This document shows, in pieces, positions 49,801 to 58,532 of a stretch of 64,000 bases of DNA; positions within the stretch are counted from its first letter, which is position 1; every line of letters begins with the position of its first letter. The DNA comes from Laetmonice hystrix (lineage: Eukaryota), in NCBI GenBank assembly GCA_965235115.1, contig OZ249436.1, positions 12,774,001 through 12,838,000 of the forward strand. Direction: 5' to 3'. Below the pieces are notes generated by a model, which worked only from the letters and a program-made list of their open reading frames with translations, did no database searches and was not told the DNA's origin. The position numbers and the translations under genes are program-made.

Positions 49801-52800
49801 TGACTAGGATCAGTCACCATTCAGATTCAATCTCTATTGCTGGACACATCACAGAAATGGCATCATCAAATCTCACTGGGAAGTCGCCACCTAGTGTTAA
49901 CTGTGTGTAGTTATCTCATATGCAGCCACCTGGTGGTAACTATGCGTACTTAACAACCCCTCGTTTAGGCGACCACCCGCCACTAGCGACCACTTTCTCT
50001 CTGCAGCAGGGGTGGTCGCTTATGAGGGGGACCACTGGTACTGGTACTCATCAGTGTATGTGTCTGAGGAGGGCAATGGCTTTCTGCTTATACCTCTGTT
50101 ACGACTGTTTTACCAGAAGAATTTATAAGACTTCAGGTCAGGATGCATGGCATATTTAACATCACAATTATTGTTGTAACCAAGAGACCCGTAGAAGAGG
50201 TAATATGATGGGTTCTCTTCATTTTTGCAGGTATGGGCGGTGGTGGAGGCGGTATGGGCGGTGGAATGAACCAAAATTTTACACAAGACACCATGGTAGG
50301 TACAGAGGTATGACCGTATGTGTGTTTCTGACTTATCCTAACTTAAGGCTAATTAGACTCAAGCTGATTCAAATGACATCAGGTCTAGATCTGATTTGAA
50401 AAGTATTCAACTTTTGCCGTTTTATTTTGTACTGAAAACAATAGCTGACTGTATCGTTGCTGTTTCAGAGTGGCATGGGTAACCAGGGTATGATGTTCGG
50501 CAACCAGTCCACCACCACTACACAAGTCAGCATTCCAAAAGACGTAAGTAAAACGCCTGCGCCCCCTAGTGGCAACTGCAAGAACTGCGTTATTGTAGCA
50601 TCTCCAGGTTAAGAGCAAAGGTGTTTGGTGACGGCTTTTGTGTAGTCTGTGTGAGTGGTGAGGCTCTTGGCGGCATCGGTTTTTGTGCTTTCTCCATCAT
50701 CAAATTACCTGACTGCTCCTAAGCGAGTTCATCTTTGATCTAGGTGCCACCTAGCTACGGGGGCATGCACTGAAGTTCACTCTTTGTGATACTACGCATC
50801 AAAGCTTTTCATGTTGAACGAGAAGCAAACGAGTTCAAAGTAGATAAGGAAACACAGGGGAGGATGAAACTCTAGTAAGGTCCAAAACACTAGTGAAGTA
50901 GGGATGGAAAGTGCAGGCGTGATACTGATGGCTGAACGAGTCATACACTGATGCTGAATGGATTATATGACAGGGTTAGAGGTCATCTGGTACAGACTCG
51001 TAACCCATATCAGAAGTATAGGGAACTTAACTTCAATCTACAATAAAACCGAGGTTGTTACAACTTACAGACTGATAGATTTGATGCTGATAGGTTAATT
51101 TATATGAAAAAGTCAACGATTGTTATTGTTAATCCAGTTGTAATTGTAAGCACGTCATGATCTCTTTTTTTATTTTGTATTTCAGCTTGCTGGAGCAATT
51201 ATCGGCAAAGGTGGTTCACGTATCCGGCAGATTCGACAGGAATCAGGTGCTGGCATTACAATCGATGAACCCGTGGCAGGATCCAATGACCGCATCATCA
51301 CAATCACAGGCTCCCAGGAGCAGATACAGAACGCGCAATACCTTCTACAGATGAGGTGAGTCTAGTCAGATATGCATGGAGTAGGGCTGGTTAACTGGCT
51401 ACAGCAGTTCAACTGTACAATAAAAACTTGCAGTAGAAATTACAGTAGTAGTAGTTTGATGCATATTCCTAACTAACTTATAGCACTAATTAAGAAATAC
51501 TGTTTAAGCTGGAAATCAAGTGATAGTATGAAACGTAGCACTGGAGGTGTATTAGTTAACACTTATAAAAAGTATTTAAGAGCTAATTCTAATGATAAAA
51601 TCAGTTAAGGAACCTGACTCGTTTAAGTGTATCATATGGGAGACTGAAAGTTGGGTTTCTGGCTCATCACGTCACGTGTCAGTGACTTTTCTAAAGTGCC
51701 CTGGTGCCAGGTGAATTTGTGAGACCAATAGCCCCTTAAAAACAAGACATTACATTATTCCTAGTTAAATGGTAATATCCTTTAATGTTAGCAGGAATGG
51801 TAAAGCCCAAATTATTGGAGGCAATCTCGCCTTTGAGAATTCAGATTTATATTTGTATGTTTGCGGCAATAGCTGTAGATAATAGTGCTCTAAAGGTGGT
51901 TCCGTACACAAGATGATAGGAAAAAACGTAATTCCATGGGCAGAGTTTGTGAATTCAAGTCATATTCCAAACCATGCCATAGAAAAGTATCTTGTTACCA
52001 TTATCCCTACACACGCTATCATGTGTACAGCGTTGCTAGGACGACCCTATGGATTTCCTTTTGTGACCACTATCATAGTTTGCTCATCAGCTAGTCAAGC
52101 ATGGAACTCAATAACGCATAACAAACAGTCTTATGGCATAGGGGTGTGCAGTCAATGCAAGTTGGGCCGTGGCTTGTTTACATGATGTTTATGTTGTTTG
52201 CCTGGCTGCTGCCACTGGCCACTAGCTCAGGTAGACACACGTAACTTCTGCTGGAAAACTCGGGGTGGTATTGATTGAGCCAGATGTAGACTAGCTGAAG
52301 GTTCTTGGCGGGGCACCCAGAATAACTTAAGATGAACAGCCTAGATGGGGCAGAACGATACGTTTTCTCGCGATACGATACGAAGTCACGATATGATTCA
52401 CGATACGATTTTTTGATACAGTAACTTAAGTACCATTTAACCATTTCTGTATGTTTTAAAAGCATGGCTAGCTACCCGAAATGCATGGGTAGGAATCAAA
52501 ACCAATCAGAGTAGCCGTTGTAAAATCAACGTTTCTAAGTTCCAAACTGGGGAAAATGTTGTGATTCATGAGTTTTATTGATTTCTTTAAAACGTTAATT
52601 TTTTCACGATACATAGCCCTGCGTATCGCGATTCGTATCGTGCCCCCTGAATCAGCGATTCATCGATACGATGAATAGTTCCAGCCCTACAGCCTAGTCA
52701 CCAAAGGTGGTGGATGGCTAACAGCATCCATTATATGGACATCTCCATAATGTATTACTGACTTAATGCAGACAGGGTAGTATGTATACATACGTTTGCT

Positions 52801-54681
52801 TTAAATACCGTAGTTAATATAGATGGGGGGGGGGAACATTTTGGTGGCATGAACCTGAAGGGTTAAAGATAACTCATTTACTATGTTACTAAACTCCCCA
52901 CAAAAGTGGCATGTACAAAATCTGAACCTAATTGCATGTAACGTGTAGTCCAGCTTTGCAACTGAAATAAGTGGCTTTATAGATAACAAGCAGTGTAGAA
53001 CTAGAGTGCTTGTAGTTTTGGTGCAGTGGACGGCAGTAGCTATGGTTACAGATAATTGGTGATGGTATCCTGGCTACAGGAATGCAATTTGGTGGCGGTG
53101 CAGCTCTTCTGCTGGAGCGTTTGGACCCCCTGGTGGCAGGTGAATGAACTAATAGGGTTTAGAGCTTAGGGATGGCATGCATGATTTGGAAGACTAGTGA
53201 TTTTGTTGTTTTATACTCGATAACAATGAATCGCTATCTTCCGTAATTGTGCATGCTGCTAACAGCATGCTAACGGGTGAAGGGAGAGCACTAACTGCAT
53301 CATACGAACAACAAAACCAACTGCCTAACTCCGCCTTATCTACTTCTTCCTGACTGCCTACCTATGCAAAGCAGCTGCATGATGGGAAGATACTGGCTTC
53401 AGTGAGATGACCCATTCTATCCGCCTCACTCTGGACCCTGGTCTTACCAATCTCTCCATTTACCAATATGGGACCTCTTGTACCTAAATTGGAAAGGAAT
53501 ATTATCCTTATTTAACCAAATGTGTGTGTATTATTCATAATTATCATGTACTATATTTTTTGAGAAGGTGACGTTTTACGGAATTGGGGGAAACGGTATT
53601 ATGAACAATACCACAGTTTAAATGAAGAAAGATTTTGGTGATCTTTATGATCCTGCTTGTAGTATGTGGTAATTCTGGTCAATTATGTACATGTATAGAT
53701 GTCATTAAGTCAAAGCTACAAGAAAGTGCTACTTTTCACTTTGAAATATGTAATGGTATAAGACCAATTGTTCAGAAGAACAGGAATACAGTTTCCTATG
53801 GTGTCTTGGGTTAAGGCCCGTGTTTCCTGCTTTATTGTGCTCGGGCTGTGATATATATTAGACATATATATTGATATTGGACGGTAGTGTCCTTTTGGGT
53901 CAGCATTATATATTGGGAAGAATGCGGTATCTCCAAACAAGATATTGGTATGGAATTTATATTCGTATATTCAGAGGATAAGCAAATGGTATGTTTATGG
54001 TTGAAAGCAGAAGATGTAATGACCTATTCCATTACCCTTATAGATCTATATCTGATTTGTTGCGTATCTTTCATAGAAGTGTCTTTGTGTCAGATGTTGA
54101 GGAATGGAGTTGAGTAACGATTTGGGTTACATAGGCAAGAAAAGAAGTGGAAATTGGCACTGCAAAGTACACATGGCATTAACAAAGTAGTTGATATATA
54201 TCATTTTCGTATATTCAGATGTTAGAAGTGCACACAACAAATATTGTAACAATTCGGTGACGGCGCCTGGAGCTTTATGGATGTCTTATTGTACAATGAT
54301 GGGCGTTGGTATTACCACGTGTGGTTGCCGAGACCAGGAACTGCTACCAATAAATGGTCGTTAGGTACTAACCCACCAAGGAAAAACAAGGCCATATTGC
54401 ATTTTCTGGTATTCATATTGTCTCAAATGTAGTAAGGCGAGGTTCACGAGACAGTGTAAGAAATTGAAAGCAAATGAGTGTCTAGGTCAGTGCTTCGCCT
54501 GAGATAAAAATGGCAACATTGTGATGGACGGTAGTCAACTTAGTGTTGTATGCGAAAGGGAGGTGCCAATGACAGATCGGAGTGCACTCCAGAATTGGAA
54601 AAGTTTATCTTTAAATGTTTCTAACACATTATCTTTTTTCACTCTCTTTGCAGTGTTAAGCAACATTCTGGGAAATACTAA
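37681..54681 (+). CDS. HNRNPK: Heterogeneous nuclear ribonucleoprotein K (three KH domains), multi-exon gene; core CDS 427 aa, up to about 464 aa with optional exons
   Basis: Core exons 37681-37800, 38341-38397, 40842-40885, 43309-43381, 46264-46377, 46610-46738, 46936-47096, 47318-47509, 49062-49117, 50231-50295, 50469-50543, 51186-51355, 54654-54681 (1284 nt including stop). All have GT-AG introns and matching phases. The translation follows hn[50 protein letters not shown] (KH1), [29 protein letters not shown] (KH2), [14 protein letters not shown] region, [19 protein letters not shown]...[18 protein letters not shown] (KH3). Confidence 0.96.
38341..38397 (+). CDS. HNRNPK: hnRNP K exon: [19 protein letters not shown] (KH1 GxxG loop)
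   Basis: cacAG acceptor, GTGAGT donor, phase 0-0. Confidence 0.96.
40842..40885 (+). CDS. HNRNPK: hnRNP K 44-nt exon: [15 protein letters not shown]
   Basis: Not represented in this frame in the ORF track. ggcAG acceptor, GTATGC donor, phase 0-2. Matches hnRNP K YNASVSVPDSSGPER. Confidence 0.95.
43309..43381 (+). CDS. HNRNPK: hnRNP K exon: [24 protein letters not shown] (end of KH1)
   Basis: tttgcAG acceptor, GTAAGT donor, phase 2-0. Confidence 0.95.
46264..46377 (+). CDS. HNRNPK: hnRNP K exon: [38 protein letters not shown] (KH2)
   Basis: tttgcAG acceptor, GTATGT donor, 38 codons. Confidence 0.96.
46610..46738 (+). CDS. HNRNPK: hnRNP K exon: [43 protein letters not shown] (KH2)
   Basis: tttgcAG acceptor, GTAAGT donor, 43 codons. 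Confidence 0.96.
46936..47096 (+). CDS. HNRNPK: hnRNP K exon: [26 protein letters not shown]...[10 protein letters not shown]
   Basis: cacAG acceptor, GTGAGT donor, phase 0-2. Contains the PYDPxxYDE motif of hnRNP K. Confidence 0.95.
47318..47509 (+). CDS. HNRNPK: hnRNP K exon: RGG/Gly-Met-rich low-complexity linker
   Basis: tttcAG acceptor, GTGAGT donor, phase 2-2; corresponds to ORF 47304-47513. Confidence 0.92.
48003..48032 (+). CDS. HNRNPK: Candidate 30-nt cassette microexon of hnRNP K ([11 protein letters not shown])
   Basis: Long pyrimidine tract ctctcttctcttcctcaatAG, donor CAG|GTAAGC, symmetric phase 2-2, open in frame. Confidence 0.55.
48831..48884 (+). CDS. HNRNPK: Probable 54-nt symmetric exon of hnRNP K ([19 protein letters not shown])
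   Basis: tttccctcctttcAG acceptor, GG|GTAAGA donor, phase 2-2, open in frame. Confidence 0.7.
49062..49117 (+). CDS. HNRNPK: hnRNP K exon: [19 protein letters not shown]
   Basis: gacAG acceptor, GTAAGT donor, phase 2-1. Required to keep frame with the next exon. Confidence 0.88.
49158..50037. mobile_element. Tc1/mariner-pogo type MITE (880 bp) in an hnRNP K intron
   Basis: TA|CAGTGGTCCCCCTCTTAAAGACCACCCC ... GGGGTGGTCGCTTATGAGGGGGACCACTG, a TIR of about 28 bp with subterminal GCGACCAC repeats. Confidence 0.9.
50231..50295 (+). CDS. HNRNPK: hnRNP K exon: [22 protein letters not shown]
   Basis: tttttgcAG acceptor, GTAGGT donor, phase 1-0. Confidence 0.87.
50469..50543 (+). CDS. HNRNPK: hnRNP K exon: [25 protein letters not shown] (start of KH3)
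   Basis: tttcAG acceptor, GTAAGT donor, 25 codons. Confidence 0.94.
50558..50588 (-). promoter_or_regulatory. CTCF-like binding site with upstream motif
   Basis: Minus strand reads GCAGTTC-TTGCAGTT-GCCACTAGGGGGCGCA: a near-consensus core with GCAGT at the spacing of the upstream motif. Confidence 0.6.
51186..51355 (+). CDS. HNRNPK: hnRNP K exon: [57 protein letters not shown] (KH3)
   Basis: tttcAG acceptor, GTGAGT donor, phase 0-2. Confidence 0.97.
52345..52689. mobile_element. hAT MITE with 8-bp target site duplication
   Basis: CAGCCTAG at 52337-44 and 52690-97. Termini ATGGGGCAGAACGAT / ATAGTTCCAGCCCTA; CGATAC subterminal repeats. Confidence 0.88.
53187..53245 (+). ncRNA. mir-7: microRNA-7 precursor in the last intron of hnRNP K (mature 5p at 53187-53210)
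   Basis: TGGAAGACTAGTGATTTTGTTGTT is the canonical miR-7-5p. The 3p arm AACAATGAATCGCTATCTTCCGTA pairs with it, and the lower stem is GCATGCATGATT/AATTGTGCATGC (extended hairpin about 53174-53257). Basal UG at -14 (53173) and CNNC (CAGC, 53263). The host position matches human HNRNPK and Drosophila bancal. Confidence 0.97.
54654..54681 (+). CDS. HNRNPK: hnRNP K terminal coding exon: S-VKQHSGKY*
   Basis: Strong pyrimidine tract and tgcAG acceptor. Matches the hnRNP K C-terminus SVKQYSGKFF. TAA at 54679-54681. Confidence 0.93.
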
Positions 54682-55624
54682 ACGGCACCCCCTGGCGTGA
54701 TTGCTTACCACTATACCTCATCTACGTCATCACGTCCATGACGTCGCGCCATATGACGTTATGATGTCCCGTCATTCGCGGCTTAGCCTGTAAAACTTAA
54801 GCAGCCATCCTAGTCTTTGATGCGTTACAATGATCACGAGCTATAGTTTATACAGTGACAGAGCGAGTGACTTTCTACAGAGAGGGAAGGACACCAACAT
54901 ATAGCTCCAGACATTGAATCTACAGTCATAACCTACAGTGTCCATACTTTACTATTGCAAACTATCTTTGATGATACGGATGATGAAGTGGGACGAAGAT
55001 GATGATGTTGATGATATTTCAGTTATAAACATTTAGGCAGCATATCTGTATGGTAGTTGTTGACATCTCTAGATGTCTTACTTCTCGATAGTGGTGTTTA
55101 CTAATTCCCTCTCCCATTTCCCACTTCAATTGTTATTATCACTTGGGAACTGTTCGGCCTCCCACACATTCATAATGTACGCCCCTCTTTTGTTGAATTC
55201 TTATCTATTTCCTCAGGCTAGATTTGCATTAACTGTATCTGTAGATTATATTTACGATATGGCTGTATCTGTCTGCAAATTTACATCCATCATGAAAGCT
55301 TATTTGAATTGGTTACTTGACAAATAACTTCATTACTGAAGTGTAGCCAAATTATTTTCATATATATACGAGATACACTGTGTACTATTCCAGACGTGCT
55401 GTAGTTAGGCCGAGTGAAACGAGCAGATAGGGAGATTTCACTCAGCTATAGGATAGGTTTTACGGATGGAATTAGAGTGTAGACCTGTGGAAGAAGACTT
55501 TATTTGAGAGTGTCGGTCTCTCAACCAGACGTCTTGTTAAGTTGATTGAATAGGGAGAGAAGGTTTAGTTTTGTACAAGTATGTTTTTATGCCATTTTAG
55601 TATGTATCAGGAATTTGGTAATTC

Positions 55625-55630
55625 AATAAA
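55625..55630 (+). terminator. Putative polyadenylation signal of hnRNP K (3' UTR about 0.95 kb)
   Basis: AATAAA about 950 nt after the stop, with U/GU-rich sequence downstream. Confidence 0.55.
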
Positions 55631-56354
55631 GGGAAGAGTAAATTTTAAAGAATTGGTGTCCGTTTTTCTTCCTAATAGACGAGAGGGTTGGTCCTTACCA
55701 CTTTTATGTACTTGACATGCTATTCCCTTCTACATTTCCATCATTTACTAAGTCTGTAGGAGCGAATGACAACAATATATATTACACGATTGCTGTTTTT
55801 TTTTAACGGTTCACGATAAGATGCCCATCGTAGTATTATTAGGTTTTATTTATACCAAAGAAATCGTGATCTTGATAAGATTCTGGAGTCTGGAAAACAT
55901 CTCGCAGGGTTAAAGGGTCTGGAATACGGGTTAGGTCAAGTTCTCCACTAATCTAACCAGATCCTGAATACAGTAATTGAGTTCACTGGGGAGTTGGTCT
56001 ATCTTTGTGATTATAATTGTCGGAAATCCTTTATGTAGAGATGCGAAGATTATGGTGATGGTGAGATTGTTCGCCAGTGCCCGACCAAGGGTATTTTGAG
56101 CCCCACCAGCTCGAGGCGTCCCTGCCCGTGTTAGGGGGCCTATTTAGTAGATTTCCTCACTCCACCCAAGCCAAGTCGCGTTTTTTAACCGTTCCCATGA
56201 TGGATATAAAAAGTTCTGAACTTACTGCTAGATGTCGCCATTAATGTTTGTCTGTCGACCCAACAGAGCCACCACTTCCCTCCCCCAAACAGAAAAAATA
56301 CAGGTTCAGTGTCACAAAGGAGTTGAAGCGGCAGAGGTATAGGAATAATTAATG

Positions 56355-57018
56355 TGTAACGTTCTTGGCCTCGTTGCCAGGTTAGCTACTGGGCTCCAAG
56401 TCCCTTAAAATGTGACACTGGATGAAAAGAACACAAACACACATATTTTGGTAGGAAAATAACTGGTTTTATTCAAATACGGGCATTAACTTAACCTATC
56501 CGGCCTGATGAACCTTAATGTTGTACTTCTCGCTGTGTTGTCCTCTGATTAAGATTAAGTCTGGGACCCCCCTCCCCCTAAATGAAAAATACCCTTGGTA
56601 AGGGATCTTGCCACTGCATATAGTGCCGGACTGATCACGGGTTAATTCCCATGCTAGCCAGTAGGGGTCAGAGTGGTGCTATATACCAGATATTGCTCGC
56701 CATGGCTGTAGGTGGCGCTGTTGCTCGTTCAGAGTTCGTGGGTCCCGGCTTGTGGATGGTAAGGGCTCAGCTGTCCCTTCTATGGAGTCAAGAGCTGTAC
56801 TCCCCGAGTTGTGATCATGCTGGGCCTTAGGCCTATATACCCACAGGTAATGGGTATGCATGAGAGGGTGACCAATAAAAGTACACCTGAGTGGCGTCAC
56901 AGCTCAGTTCAGGGGTTGGGGTACACAACTCAGTGGGGGACGGAGTCAACACATTGTTTATGGTGAGATACACATGCACTCAGACGTTGGGCTGACATAC
57001 CCCAGCCCAATCGTCACA
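56355..57018 (-). mobile_element. Probable solo LTR (Gypsy-like), 664 bp
   Basis: TGTAACG...CGTCACA termini (TG..CA, 6/7 inverted) and near-TSD AATG/AATA. TATATA (56834-39) then AATAAA (56468-73) on the minus strand, in U3-R-U5 order. Confidence 0.6.
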
Positions 57019-57464
57019 AATACACAGTACTTCCGAATGTTCACATGAGAACAAATTTAATTAAAACTAGAATAAAAGCATAATAAAGAAAAGTATGCAC
57101 CCTACAAAATCATCAAAAATTATGTTCATACGCCACTACAAGGCGTCTTGTAACATCTTCCAACGTTTTTTCTTCCCTTTTTTCCCTCTTTGCCCGAATA
57201 ATCCTTTATCGTGCTTTATTCACGCCAAATGCAAGGCATCCATTCTTTCCTCATGCAGTGCCCCCGATTCATCATGAAAGAGTATAGTGTTCCATAAAGA
57301 AAACATCGATTTATACAGTGGATAAAGGACGGTTTGGTTTATGTAAAGATGAAAGTATTTTACCTGAATGCTACCGAGGTGCTGCAAAGGTGATGAAAGG
57401 TAACCTGCACGTCCGATGTAGTCATGCACGTCATTCAATACGATGCGGTCTCTGTCCTGCTCCT

Positions 57465-57611
57465 TTGTAAACTGTACCAGTCGTCTTTTCTCGGTGTCCT
57501 GCCTTGCTTGTAAATCCTATCAGTCGTCTATTCTCGGTGTCCTGCCTTGCTTGTAAATCTTACCAGTCCTTTCTCGGTGTCCTGCCTTGCTTGTAAATCT
57601 TACCAGTCCTT
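57465..57611 (+). repeat. Tandem repeat, about 3.5 copies of a 39-43 bp unit (TTCTCGGTGTCCTGCCTTGCTTGTAAATCTTACCAGTC)
   Basis: Direct repeats visible in the sequence. Confidence 0.9.
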
Positions 57612-58044
57612 CCATCTGCCTTTTTGGAAATAGTAAATTTTTGGACCCTATCATTTTAAATAACGTCCTGGGTTATTTATTAGTTTCACGGCTGCTGTTA
57701 TAATGAACCGTAACGCTTGGACATACACCCCACCCCACCGCACACCCCTGAGCATTATATATAATTTATGGACGGCCCCTACAGGTGAAGAAAGAAGGCT
57801 TCAAACGTACACTGTCCACGTCTTCTACATGGTTTCATTTATTGGGTATCGTGGCAAGGTGTAGAATGATAGAATGTAGCGTGCAACATTACCTTGGATC
57901 AAATAAGTCTATGGTACCAGATTTCTGTGCAGACAGGACAAGTTATCGCAAGAAAAATTACGCAATTGGATCCCTTTAAGGTGAAGAAGATGTAAATTGG
58001 ACAAATAAGGAAAACCAAACATTTACAAACGCATACACCGCTAC

Positions 58045-58050
58045 TTTATT
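58045..58050 (-). terminator. Putative polyadenylation signal of SNAPC3
   Basis: AATAAA on the minus strand about 330 nt after the stop. Confidence 0.45.
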
Positions 58051-58381
58051 TACCCCAAATGCACTTAAAATATAGATTATTGTGGGTAGAAACAACGGTA
58101 ATATCACTGTAAACGGTACAACTATATGAACAAAAATAATGAAGAGAACTTGTTCTGGAATACGAATCTTGCAGCATGGTCTAACAGAGTAAATAGTTCA
58201 AAAGTTGGTGTTGCCATTCAACACTCCTCCACTGTAGCTTGAATCTGACCAGTTCTATTCTTGTTCCTTATGAGTTCGAGTGACCTGACATGACAAGTCT
58301 TGTGATGCCGAGCACAATGCCACCTCAGGATTGTGCAGGAGACGTTTTGTAGTATACACATGGATGATGTATGATGACACA

Positions 58382-58532
58382 TCATGGCCCCTGACCGGGT
58401 GACGAGCAGTATGGGTAAGCCTTGAAGTCCCCAACTTTGTTTCCCTCAGCATCATAGTGGAGCATTCGAAAGCAGGTATCACAGAAATAACATGGATCTT
58501 CAGGCGCCAACGGACTGTCTTCTGTCATCCAG
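58382..58532 (-). CDS. SNAPC3: SNAPC3 exon 9 ([49 protein letters not shown])
   Basis: ttaaAG acceptor, TGA at 58384-58382. Confidence 0.95.
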
